A DNA stretch of 64,000 nt from Elainellaceae cyanobacterium (lineage in GTDB: Bacteria > Cyanobacteriota > Cyanobacteriia > CAKZMO01): NCBI GenBank assembly GCA_050330955.1, contig JBHJHJ010000084.1, positions 323 through 64,322 on the forward strand. The letters are read 5' to 3'. The notes under the pieces were generated by a model. The model was not told the DNA's origin and made no database searches. It saw nothing but the letters and a program-made list of their open reading frames with translations. A program made the translations under genes and the position numbers. Shown piece after piece: positions 26,843-36,234 of the stretch (within the stretch, counting starts at the first letter, position 1; each line of letters opens with the position of its first letter).

Positions 26843-27742
26843 ATGTTAGGTTCTGACGCGATCGTCAATCGTCTTCAAGTAAGCAGTGGCCGACAAAGTA
26901 AAGCTGTGGTTCAAGAGTTTACCGTTACTTTCTGGGGTGTGAGAGGCAGTATCCCCACACCAGGAATGAATACTGTTCGCTACGGTGGCAACACCGCCTG
27001 CGTCGAACTGAACGTAGCGGGAGAGAAACTGATCTTTGATGGTGGAACAGGTTTACGGGTGCTCGGCAAGCATCTGCAGCACGTAGATCCAGTCAACGCG
27101 CACATCTTTTTTACCCACACCCACTGGGATAGAATTCAAGGCTTTCCATTCTTTATCCCTGCGTTTCGCGACTCCAACTGTTTTCACATCTATGGTGCCA
27201 CTGGCTTGACCGGAGCGTCTATCAAGCAGCGTCTGATGGACCAGATGATTCTGCCTCATTTTCCCGTCTCCCTACGGGCAATGGGAGCAGAGCTACACTT
27301 TCACAATATTGAAGCTGGCGCCACTATTCCCATTAAGGATATTTGTGTAGAAACGCTTCCGCTGAACCAGATGAACGGCGCTCTAGGCTATCGGATCAGT
27401 TGGCAAGACCTTTCCGTGGTCTACGCCACAGATACAGCCCAAATTCTTCAGCAGAAAGATAGCTTAGCCTACCTGGCTCATGATGCCGACCTACTGATCA
27501 TTGACGCGGTATACCTCGATCATGCGTACTTTGACCCGATGCAGTCTGCAGCCTCCCGGACATTCGCCCAGTGGCAGGTCTGTGTTGAGGCAGCCCTAAG
27601 TGCAGGAGCCGGGCAAATTCTTGTGTTTCACCACGACCCGACCCACGAAGACGATTTCTTGGACTGTGTGGAAACCGAAATGCGGTCGACCTACTCGAAT
27701 GTAAAGCTTGCTAGGGAGGGAATGAGCCTCAGCCTGCTCTAG
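26843..27742 (+). CDS. MBL-fold metallo-hydrolase
   Basis: HxHxD motif FFTHTHWDRIQGFPFF and a C-terminal VFHHDP segment. 299 aa. Confidence 0.8.
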   Translation: MLGSDAIVNRLQVSSGRQSKAVVQEFTVTFWGVRGSIPTPGMNTVRYGGNTACVELNVAGEKLIFDGGTGLRVLGKHLQHVDPVNAHIFFTHTHWDRIQGFPFFIPAFRDSNCFHIYGATGLTGASIKQRLMDQMILPHFPVSLRAMGAELHFHNIEAGATIPIKDICVETLPLNQMNGALGYRISWQDLSVVYATDTAQILQQKDSLAYLAHDADLLIIDAVYLDHAYFDPMQSAASRTFAQWQVCVEAALSAGAGQILVFHHDPTHEDDFLDCVETEMRSTYSNVKLAREGMSLSLL

Positions 27743-27844
27743 CCGATGGGGATGGATCCGCCAATCTATTTGGGACGTCTCACAGACTAGCGCGAAATTG
27801 ATCTACCATAGGCGCTGTGACTGCAGTCTCGGCGGGAAATTGAA

Positions 27845-28723
27845 TTGGACAATCAGGATGGCTTGACGCTTTTCGGCGGCGCTCTATCGCACCTTAAGCA
27901 GCGTTTGGAGGGTGCAGTTCAGGACATTGGTCAAGATTTGACCGCAGTGTCCGATGGCGTCTCTTCTACCGTTGCCGATGCGGTAGCGGCAACCACTGAG
28001 CGAGCAATGCAATCTCTGGACTATACCGTCACTCAAGCAGAGGGCGTCACGAGCAGTATCGCTCAGGAGCTGTGGCGCACCATTGAAGCTGATTTTGAGG
28101 GGTGGCTTCAAGGCCATCCGCTACTGCTATGGCTCTTAATGCATCCGCTGATTACCCTTGGCCTTTCCTTTACGGTGGTTGTGCTGGTGTGGGGCCTCGT
28201 TCAGGCCATGGCGCAGCTTGCGCAGCGGGCTTGGATAGTGCTATTGAATGTTCCACTCTACCTAGCGCGACTAGCGCTGATGGGCCTAAACCGTTTTAGA
28301 CACTGGACTACAGTTCAGATCGCCAATTGGTACCGGGCAGCGATCGCATCTCGCCCAAGTTCCCAGCTTGATGGGGCTGACGATGGCCAAGCTCAAGGGC
28401 GTCAGTCTCCTCAAGACTGCGATGCTGGAGCTGCCCGCGACGTCAGTCCTCACCCAGCTGAGCTAATGGCCGCTTTGGTAGCCGCTTCTAACGGCTCGGA
28501 CCCTAGAACTGCTGCGGACTGGGCTGTCACGATAGAGTCCGCTTACGCAGGCCACCTATCCGCTCCCCTCGATTTGATTGAGATTCGGAAGACGCAGCCG
28601 CTTCAAGGGAGTAGCGATCGCGAATTAATTGAGGCGCTAAGGCGGTTGGAGCACTTGACACAGGCGCAGACTCGAACGCTTCAGCACTTGATCCAGCTGC
28701 TGGAAGCGCGGACGGCCTCGTAA
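27845..28723 (+). CDS. Hypothetical membrane protein, 292 aa
   Basis: TTG start, uncertain. Two hydrophobic helices (LLLWLLMHPLITLGLSFTVVVLVWGLV, WIVLLNVPLYLARLALMGL). Confidence 0.55.
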   Translation: MDNQDGLTLFGGALSHLKQRLEGAVQDIGQDLTAVSDGVSSTVADAVAATTERAMQSLDYTVTQAEGVTSSIAQELWRTIEADFEGWLQGHPLLLWLLMHPLITLGLSFTVVVLVWGLVQAMAQLAQRAWIVLLNVPLYLARLALMGLNRFRHWTTVQIANWYRAAIASRPSSQLDGADDGQAQGRQSPQDCDAGAARDVSPHPAELMAALVAASNGSDPRTAADWAVTIESAYAGHLSAPLDLIEIRKTQPLQGSSDRELIEALRRLEHLTQAQTRTLQHLIQLLEARTAS

Positions 28724-28867
28724 ACTACGTGACTTGGCTCCAGGATGCTTCGTTCAAGCTCCAAAAAGGTTCTAAGCAAAGTGGCCGACACTATATACTT
28801 GGAGACCTGAACCTAACCCACAGCTCAAATCTACATTTACAGAGCGACGCGCTCTGTCTAGTCCGTC

Positions 28868-29071
28868 ATGTCTCCAATCTTGCTGATTGCAGCGCTTGTC
28901 ATTTCCTTTTTCATTTTCACTTGGCTCATTCGCGTTGTGCGGGCAACCGTTAGCACAGCGATTACAATTGCCCTCATCGCTCTTGCCTTACAGCTTCTGT
29001 TTGGCATCGGCCCGCAGGATCTTTGGCGTCAGTTTGTCGCGCTTTGGCAGAGCCTACTAGGTCCGAGCTAA
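28868..29071 (+). CDS. Small membrane protein, 67 aa
   Basis: Two predicted TM helices (ILLIAALVISFFIFTWLI, AITIALIALALQLLFGI). Confidence 0.5.
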   Translation: MSPILLIAALVISFFIFTWLIRVVRATVSTAITIALIALALQLLFGIGPQDLWRQFVALWQSLLGPS

Positions 29072-29098
29072 TCGACCTGCGCTCTGAAATCAGAAACT

Positions 29099-29602
29099 TT
29101 ACAATGAGGCATCACCTGCCAGCCGCTTGAGCACCTGCGCTATCTCCGGCGGAATCTGGCGCATAATTTTCCCTTTTTCTCGGTCGACGACTGCCAAAGA
29201 AACTTGGGCTGTGGCGTAAGCCTCCACGGCGATCATACCGGGGTCGAGGGGCTGAATCTTATAATCCCAGTTGAGCCGCACCCCGTCTAGGTTCTTCATC
29301 TGGGTTCTGACCAGGGCCGCTGCTCCTAAGGGGAGCGAGCAGTGGTAGCGAATTGACAGGTCAACCACCGGCAGATCGCACCCCAGGGCAACCAAATTAG
29401 TAAAATCGACCCCCAGCGATCGCAGATATTCCACCCGAGCCTCCTCCATCCAGGCGATGTAGCTCCCGTGCCAGGCAATTCCAGCGTAGTCTGTGTGGTG
29501 CGGCTGGACACGAATCGGATAGTCGAACCAGGCCTGTTCTGCCGCAGTGGACGCGGGTTGGATCGCATGGGCCGAGTGTTCGTTAGGAAGCTGGGGTCGC
29601 AT
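29099..29602 (-). CDS. 4HBT-fold acyl-CoA thioesterase (YbgC / DHNA-CoA thioesterase-like)
   Basis: FDYPIRVQPHHTDYAGIAWHGSYIAWMEEARVEYLRSLG, the hot-dog thioesterase N-terminal motif. Confidence 0.8.
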   Translation of the reverse strand: MRPQLPNEHSAHAIQPASTAAEQAWFDYPIRVQPHHTDYAGIAWHGSYIAWMEEARVEYLRSLGVDFTNLVALGCDLPVVDLSIRYHCSLPLGAAALVRTQMKNLDGVRLNWDYKIQPLDPGMIAVEAYATAQVSLAVVDREKGKIMRQIPPEIAQVLKRLAGDASL

Positions 29603-29840
29603 AGCCGAAAATCCTTTTTGGTTCTAGGGGTTAAGTTCCCGATACAATGACGAATGCCGTATGATCGATTGAACATGTTCGACTGAACCTAATCGATCGA
29701 ACGGAGAACACGCCTCTGTAGGTCCACCACGTTTGATGATGCAGGTTCTCCTGACCTATGATAGCTCTACGCTATGGCAGAGCTATGGCCGGCCACTAGC
29801 CATTGGCCACTAATTGAACTTCACGTAGGATGCGCTCACT

Positions 29841-32066
29841 GTGACTTCTAATCGAGCCAAGCTACAGGTGCTGATTGATACGCTTGATTCAGCGCTCGAA
29901 GATCCGTCAACGCCTGAGGCGAAGGCGCAGCTGCAGTCGGCGATCGCCCAAACCCGGCGCTACTTGGCCGATTTACAGCGCGAGGGAGCCGATTCACCCG
30001 AGGCCAGCGCTCAGGAAGTTCTGCAGGCGGTGGTCCAAGAGATGGGCTACCTGCGAACCAACATGATTCAGCCGCTGCGCGAGGAGATCACCCAGCTTCA
30101 CGACGAGCGGAAGACCCTAGCGAACAGCGTTCGCCAGCTGCAGCAACAGCAGCAGCACATCAGAGAGTCTCAACAGCAGCAGATGCTCCGGGACTTTATG
30201 CAGTCCCTAATGGGTCGACTGCAGGATCAAATGACGACCCAGGTGGTGCAAGCGATTTCACTCATGCAGCCCCAGCTACCCACCGGCGGCGTGAATGGCG
30301 AGGAGTTCTCACAGCTGAGTCCAGCGGAGCAGGCCGAGCAGCTGCGGCTGCTCCAGGCAACCTCAAACGAGCTTATGCTCAAAATGGACGCCACGATGCG
30401 GGTTGTGTTCGACTCACTACAAACCACCGTCGACAGCTATCGAGACTCCCTAGGCCAGGGCCTTGAAAAAATGCATAGCCTCGGACAGCAGGGCGAAGCG
30501 CTGTTCACGGCCCTAGTAAACCGTCTAGCCAGTCAGCTCGGGCGCGAAGCCTCCCAATATCTGAGCCAATCGCTCCACGATGGGGAGTCGTTTCAGCTTG
30601 GGGGTACGGGGATCGGGGGAGACCGACTGCTGCCTACCGTTGGACCAGCCGCTTTTTCTGAGACGGGCAACGCGGCTAATGACACGCCTGGCGCTGGGAC
30701 AGCGGCCGAGCTTCCCGAAGAAGCCCTATCCGCTGAGCAAATTGACCAGCTTCTGCGTCAAAACCTATCCCAGTCGTTGACAGAACCGAGTGTTGAGGCC
30801 GGCCCTGCGCCATCCCCACAGGAGGCCCCGCCCAGCCAGCAGACAGATAGCCCAGAAACAGACGAGCTGATTGACCAAATACTGCACGAGCTAGAGGCTG
30901 ACATCGACGCCATTGGCAACAACCTCAATCTCAACCTAGACGAGGTTGACTTGGCCCCGCCCTCGCCTGAAGCCGATGAGGTCACGGCCGATGAGGTCAC
31001 AGCCGATGACGATTTGGAGGCGATCGCCCTGTTTGAGCTGGCGGAAGATGGGGTGATAGTCCACGAGTCCGCCAATCTGAAAGCCCAGCCCCACGCGCAG
31101 ACTGGGCCAGAGCCAGAGCCAGATAGCCCCGCCGAGGATGAGCGCAATAGGCCCACTCCAGAAGGCAGCGCCAGTCCAACCTCCAGCGCTGAAATCGCCG
31201 CATTCTACGCGGAGTTTCGGGCCGCAACCGAAATGGATTCTGACCAGACCGCTGATAGCCCCGCGGCAGAACCTGCGGCGGAGCCCACCGCGAAGAGAGC
31301 CATTGACGAGGAGAGCCGTAATCTAGCCCCTTCTACCGTAAAGGCTTCAGACGATTCGGGCGATTCGGGCAATTCGGGCAATTCAGACGCTCAGATAGAC
31401 ACCATCAGCCGCCTGTCCGATCTTATCGATCCGAACCTGCTGATTCAGATGGGGACTGAGGGTATTTCCGGCACAAATAGCTCATTTACCATGGCCTCTC
31501 TCGGAGAAGATCTGTTGGCCACCGGCAGAGATAGCGCCAAGCCATCCGTTGACCTCGACATCGACCTCGACCAGCTCACAGCCGATCTATCCCGCATTGA
31601 GGCCCGCGATGGAGGGATTTGGGAGGAATCTCTGACGGCCTCCGAACCCTTCGAGCCGCCGTTTCAATTGCCCCCTGATTCAGAAGCCCAGCAAGACAAT
31701 CCTGACTTGGAGACCGTCGTACCCCCGCAAGCCTCTGCTCCCAGTGAAGCTCTTTTAGAAGATACGTCCCCAAAAGACGCGCTGCCAGAAGACGCCCTGC
31801 CAGAAGACGCCCTGCCAGAAGATTTAGCACGCCATGACGAGCTAGAGCCATTCCCCGATGAGGACTCGACAATCGACGAAATTGCGGCCCTATTTGCGGC
31901 CCTTGAGAACACTGAGGATGGCCCATCGGAGCGAGCTACCATCGCTCAGCAAACCCTCGCAGATTTGCTAAAGCCGGCCAGTGGGGGGAGCTTCTCAACC
32001 CCGCCAGACGACAGCGCCGATAGGGACGTGAACACCGAGCCAGAAGATGACGAAAAAAAAAAGTAG
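29841..32066 (+). CDS. Acidic coiled-coil / low-complexity protein, 741 aa
   Basis: GTG start. Gln/Leu-rich N-terminal coiled coil followed by a Glu/Asp/Pro/Ala-rich tail with short tandem repeats (DEVTA x2, GDSGNSGNS, DALPE x3). It ends EDDEKKK inside an A10 run. Confidence 0.75.
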   Translation: MTSNRAKLQVLIDTLDSALEDPSTPEAKAQLQSAIAQTRRYLADLQREGADSPEASAQEVLQAVVQEMGYLRTNMIQPLREEITQLHDERKTLANSVRQLQQQQQHIRESQQQQMLRDFMQSLMGRLQDQMTTQVVQAISLMQPQLPTGGVNGEEFSQLSPAEQAEQLRLLQATSNELMLKMDATMRVVFDSLQTTVDSYRDSLGQGLEKMHSLGQQGEALFTALVNRLASQLGREASQYLSQSLHDGESFQLGGTGIGGDRLLPTVGPAAFSETGNAANDTPGAGTAAELPEEALSAEQIDQLLRQNLSQSLTEPSVEAGPAPSPQEAPPSQQTDSPETDELIDQILHELEADIDAIGNNLNLNLDEVDLAPPSPEADEVTADEVTADDDLEAIALFELAEDGVIVHESANLKAQPHAQTGPEPEPDSPAEDERNRPTPEGSASPTSSAEIAAFYAEFRAATEMDSDQTADSPAAEPAAEPTAKRAIDEESRNLAPSTVKASDDSGDSGNSGNSDAQIDTISRLSDLIDPNLLIQMGTEGISGTNSSFTMASLGEDLLATGRDSAKPSVDLDIDLDQLTADLSRIEARDGGIWEESLTASEPFEPPFQLPPDSEAQQDNPDLETVVPPQASAPSEALLEDTSPKDALPEDALPEDALPEDLARHDELEPFPDEDSTIDEIAALFAALENTEDGPSERATIAQQTLADLLKPASGGSFSTPPDDSADRDVNTEPEDDEKKK
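31776..31820 (+). repeat. 15-nt tandem repeat x3 inside the CDS (encodes DALPE x3)
   Basis: gacgcgctgccagaa, gacgccctgccagaa, gacgccctgccagaa. Confidence 0.85.
32053..32062 (+). other. A10 homopolymer containing a dnaX-type A AAA AAG slippery heptamer (32057-32063), immediately before the TAG stop at 32064-32066
   Basis: Read directly: gac gaa aaa aaa aag tag. The -1 frame (cga aaa aaa aaa gta ggt ..) is open from 32051 into the next ORF. Confidence 0.9.
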
Positions 32067-32299
32067 GTCCCATTAGCTGGACGATTCGAGGGGCAAACGA
32101 TGCCAGCAGCAAGCGGGATGGGCTGCTGCTCCCTCCGGGACGACCGCTCTTTCCTGGGCTATCCAGCCTGTCCCAGCAGACCAGTCAAGCGGAGGCGCAG
32201 TCTTCTGAAAGGCCGTCTGGCCCGCCATCGCCCCCGGCTGAGGGCAGGCCCCAGTCGTGGTTCCTAGGGTTAGATATCGGCACGGTAGGCCTGTCCGCC

Positions 32300-33640
32300 G
32301 TGCTGCTCAACCCGCAAACCGGCCAGAGGGTGCCGCTGTTCTGGCAGCAGTCAGACGGAGGACCGCGCTGGCTGCGCTGGCCCATCGACATTGCTATTGA
32401 TCCAAGCTGGCCCCAGACAACCGATGGTGCGCCGGCCCCTTCGGCAGAAGCCGCCATCTTGTGTCAGCTCAAGCCAGCCCTAGCGCTCCCGCTGCGGCGT
32501 GGTTTAGCCGGGACGCGAGACCACTCTCCCCTACTCGAACCGGTTTACAAGCCGCTGACCCAGATTCTAAGCACGCTCAAGCCGGAGGTCCCCGAAGCGG
32601 ATCAACCGGACCCGTCAGACCTGCTTTGGCGCTGCTGCGGACTCGGTCTTGCGGCGGACCAATTTGAAAGGGCAATGGCAAACCTGCTGGGCGTTGGGGT
32701 CAGCTATCCAGGGGGATGGTCCAGTCAGTATCAGACCAATCTTCAGAACGCCATTTTGGGCGGTGGGCTAGTGTCAGAGCCCAGCAAAATTCACTTTATT
32801 GAAGAAACGACCGCCGCCGTTCTCGCTTGTCTGCGGTCTGGCGATGACGACGATAGACCGGAGCAATTTAGCTCCCCTACCGATGGCCTGCCCCGTCCGC
32901 CGCTGCACGCCGTTGACCCCGAGGGCCTAGCCTTTGCAATTAGCGCTGGCGCCAGCACTACCGAGGTGGCCTTGGTAGACTTAGCGGCCTTAGTCCGTAA
33001 TCCTCGGGCGGCAGCCTCATCTCAAAGCTTTGCCTACGGCGGACAAGGCCTCGACCAGGATATTCTCTACTACATCCTCTACCCCCAGCTTCAGGCCTCC
33101 CCCCTGGCGGAAATTGAGCAGCTATTGGGGATTCTGCAGCTTGACAGCTTGGCTCAACCGCAGCTGGGTCAGCCCGACAGCGACAAGCGACGGCGACTCC
33201 ACCTGCGGCTGTGCAGCTCAGCGCCAGGCCGGCAGCTGCTAGCGATCGCTCAGCGGATTAAACACGAGCTGCAGGTGCAGCCCCGCGTGACCTATACCCT
33301 CGCCCAGCACCGAGGCCAAGTGACCCAGGACGAACTGGGCCACCAAATTCTGCTGCCCTACATCCGCACCCTCAACCACCAGACTCAGTCCTTATTCCGT
33401 TCGACGGCTGTTTCGCCGCGAGCCGTCTCCCACGTGATTTGCTCCGGCGGAATTGCCTCAATGCGGGTGGTAGAGCTGTGGGCGCGGCGCTGCTTTACGG
33501 AGGCCGAGCTGCTGCGATCGCCTACCGTGGCGGCCCTGGATGCGGAGGTCGACCTGCCCGCGTCGGCTTGGTTGGGCAGTCAGGTGGGCTATGGCCTCGC
33601 CAGCTTGCCCCTCGTCATCCCAGACTTAGGGTCACCGTGA
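32300..33640 (+). CDS. Hsp70/actin-fold ATPase-like protein (5' end unresolved)
   Basis: 32300 is the first canonical start (GTG). The same frame is open from 32051 and encodes WFLGLDIGTVGLSAV (phosphate-1-like) upstream of 32300. Later segments are AISAGASTTEVALVDL (phosphate-2-like) and VICSGGIASMRV (adenosine-motif-like). Confidence 0.7.
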   Translation: MLLNPQTGQRVPLFWQQSDGGPRWLRWPIDIAIDPSWPQTTDGAPAPSAEAAILCQLKPALALPLRRGLAGTRDHSPLLEPVYKPLTQILSTLKPEVPEADQPDPSDLLWRCCGLGLAADQFERAMANLLGVGVSYPGGWSSQYQTNLQNAILGGGLVSEPSKIHFIEETTAAVLACLRSGDDDDRPEQFSSPTDGLPRPPLHAVDPEGLAFAISAGASTTEVALVDLAALVRNPRAAASSQSFAYGGQGLDQDILYYILYPQLQASPLAEIEQLLGILQLDSLAQPQLGQPDSDKRRRLHLRLCSSAPGRQLLAIAQRIKHELQVQPRVTYTLAQHRGQVTQDELGHQILLPYIRTLNHQTQSLFRSTAVSPRAVSHVICSGGIASMRVVELWARRCFTEAELLRSPTVAALDAEVDLPASAWLGSQVGYGLASLPLVIPDLGSP

Positions 33641-35783
33641 CGGTGGTCCCCCGCTCCGCTGCGGATTGAATCTTGAGGGTGCCGCCGTGGGCTTCGATGA
33701 TGCGCTTCGTGATGGCCAGGCCTAACCCATTGCCTGAGGACTTGGTGGTGAAGAAGGGCTGGGTAAGCTTTGGCAGCACATCGGGGGGAATGGGATCGCC
33801 GCTGTTGTGCACCTGAACCACGGCTTGCCCCAAGGTGACCTCAATCCGCCAGGTCACGGTCGAGCCGGAAGGGCTGGCCTCACAGGCGTTGGTCACCAGG
33901 TTAATAAACACTTGCTTGAGCTTATCGCGATCGCCCGGTACAACAGCGGAAGTCTCTAAGGTGGTGACCAGGTCAATACGCCGGTCCTGGGCCGCAGGCT
34001 GGGGCTGTAGGCTGTCCCGAATCTCCTGGCACAGCGCCACCAAGTCCACAGGCACTGCCTCAAGCTGGGGCTCCTTGGCGTACATCAGAATCTCATTAAG
34101 CAACCGCTGCAGCCGCTCAGACTCCTCCAGCGCCAAGTCCAGCCGGAGCTGCGCCCGCTCGGGCAGGTCCAGCCGCTTAAAGGAGCCGAGCCCCATCATT
34201 ACCGTGGTCAAGGGGTTACGCACTTCATGCACAATCATGGAAGAGAGTTCACCAATTTCCGCCAGCCGAGCGATCGCCGCCTCGGCCTGCTTTCGCTCCG
34301 TCACGTCCCGCGCCAGCGCCAGAATGAGCTGCCGCCCCCCAAACTGAATCAGACCCAGCCGCACCTCAACCGGAAATAGGGTCCCATCCCGCCGTCGATG
34401 CGCGCCCTCTAAGGTTATGGGCCGCCCCGGAGAGAGACGCTGCCACAGCTGAGCCACATCCTCTGCCGTCAGGTTCATCTGCACGTCCGGGACTGACAGC
34501 TGCAGCAATTCCTGACGGGCGTACCCCAAATTGAAGCAGGCCTGCTGGTTGACATCGACGAAGTGCCCGTTGTGGTCAACAACGAACAGGGCATCCACCG
34601 CCTGGGCAATCAGGGCCCGGAATCGATTCTCACTTTCCCGCAGCGCCTCCTCGGCCTGCTTCCGCTCGGTGATATCGTTGATCACAGACAACATGCAGAC
34701 CTGGCCATCAAGGGTAATTTGCTCTGCCGAGTAGAGCGCCGTGCGAATTTGCCCCTCCGCGGTCCGAAACTGACATTCCCGGTTGCGCAACATCCCGTCC
34801 CGCTGCAGTGCTGTCGTCATGGCAACGCGATCGCTAGGGCTGAGCCAAAACCCCAGCTCTTCCGTCGTGCGGCCAATGGCCTCCTCGTGGGTCAGCCCTA
34901 CCACCCGCAAGAATGTCTCATTCACCTCCAGCAGCCGTCCGTCTGAAAGCGTGCTGATTACAACGGCGTCTGGGCTAGAGCAAAAGGCCTTGGAAAACTT
35001 CTCCTCAGAAATTCGCAGCTCGTCTTCCATTTGCTGACGATGGGCGATCGCTTCGGCAATTTGGTTCACCATCTGCACAAACGCCGCCATTACTTCCCCC
35101 AGCTCGTCCCGGCGCTGGGGATTGACGGAAGGGAGCGGCGGCACCACCACGGCTTTTTGATCCTGGCTGAGGGCCTGCCCCACCCGCCGCAGATCTCGCC
35201 GTAGTCCAATAATGGGATGAATTAAGAGCCGGTTGAGCACAAACATCGTTGCGATGGTGACAAAAATGGAAATGATGACAACTAAACCAGCAATGCGAGC
35301 AATGAATTCTAGAAACTCGCTGCGAATGTCAGCGTCATGGCGAATCACCACAAGATAGCTGTCGTCTAGCGGCGGCATCTCCCAAACCGCGTCGTAGCGC
35401 CCCAGACGCCGGTTCAATTGCTCGGTGCGCCCTCGGTCAATCTGCGCAAAGGTCAAGCGGGGGGGCTCCCCAAAATCGTCTACCAGTTCACCCGTCGTGC
35501 GATATAGCGCCCCGCCTAAGATCACGTCATCTTGGGCCTCGCGGAGCACCTTCAGAATAGCGGCATCCTCCTCAGCCGACGTTGCCTCCAGCAAGCCCGA
35601 CACCCGCGCCGCCGATATCATTGTCAAGTAATGCAGCAGCTCTCGCTCTCGCCGAAAGACGGAGGGGATAAGGATAATAACCTCAATCACAACAATACTG
35701 GCGAATACCCACAGCACGATTCGCCGTGACAGTCGGGCGTTGAAGAGCGCTGACAAGCGACGCGCCATGCAGACACCTCCCAA
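33615..35783 (-). CDS. Membrane sensor histidine kinase (HAMP, two PAS domains, HisKA, HATPase)
   Basis: Two TM helices. PAS segments SEEKFSKAFCSSPDAVVIS and SENRFRALIAQAVDALFVVD. H-box MIVHEVRNPLTTV, N-box VFINLVTNACEAS, GNGLGLAITKRIIEAHGG. The 3' end overlaps the convergent ORF by 26 nt. Confidence 0.9.
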   Translation of the reverse strand: MGGVCMARRLSALFNARLSRRIVLWVFASIVVIEVIILIPSVFRRERELLHYLTMISAARVSGLLEATSAEEDAAILKVLREAQDDVILGGALYRTTGELVDDFGEPPRLTFAQIDRGRTEQLNRRLGRYDAVWEMPPLDDSYLVVIRHDADIRSEFLEFIARIAGLVVIISIFVTIATMFVLNRLLIHPIIGLRRDLRRVGQALSQDQKAVVVPPLPSVNPQRRDELGEVMAAFVQMVNQIAEAIAHRQQMEDELRISEEKFSKAFCSSPDAVVISTLSDGRLLEVNETFLRVVGLTHEEAIGRTTEELGFWLSPSDRVAMTTALQRDGMLRNRECQFRTAEGQIRTALYSAEQITLDGQVCMLSVINDITERKQAEEALRESENRFRALIAQAVDALFVVDHNGHFVDVNQQACFNLGYARQELLQLSVPDVQMNLTAEDVAQLWQRLSPGRPITLEGAHRRRDGTLFPVEVRLGLIQFGGRQLILALARDVTERKQAEAAIARLAEIGELSSMIVHEVRNPLTTVMMGLGSFKRLDLPERAQLRLDLALEESERLQRLLNEILMYAKEPQLEAVPVDLVALCQEIRDSLQPQPAAQDRRIDLVTTLETSAVVPGDRDKLKQVFINLVTNACEASPSGSTVTWRIEVTLGQAVVQVHNSGDPIPPDVLPKLTQPFFTTKSSGNGLGLAITKRIIEAHGGTLKIQSAAERGTTVTVTLSLG

Positions 35784-35892
35784 AGAGCTTTTCCCTAGAA
35801 TAGCGCCAGCGCGCCCACAGCCAGTACATATGGCCAGTACATAGGACTAATGCAGTAGTATGATTTGGGCTAAATGCGGGAGGACGACAGGT

Positions 35893-36108
35893 ATGACATT
35901 GTCTAGAGCTGAGGCGAAACGGCTGCTGGAGCGGCTCATTTTCGACGAGGGCACGCCCCAGCAGTGGGCTGAGGACGTGTGGGGGCTAAGCCCGCTGCTA
36001 GGGGACAGCGCCGCCAAGCTTTTAGAGGTGTATGACGCCTTGATTGAATGCTGCCCCGAGGAGAAGCTCGAAAATCTGCTGCAGTCGTTCTACCGAGAAC
36101 AGGTTTAG
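35893..36108 (+). CDS. Small hypothetical protein (about 71 aa)
   Basis: I prefer the ATG at 35893, which is preceded by gggagga (SD-like). The longer ORF starts at 35860. Confidence 0.45.
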   Translation: MTLSRAEAKRLLERLIFDEGTPQQWAEDVWGLSPLLGDSAAKLLEVYDALIECCPEEKLENLLQSFYREQV

Positions 36109-36234
36109 CGGTGCGATCGCTCTACGATAAGGTAGCCTCCGGAGATATTGAGTCTGTTACCGTGAATACGTAATATTCCTGTAGAGTGATAGGCAGCTCA
36201 AAACTCCCCCAGCAATAAGGAAAGATAATTTCAG

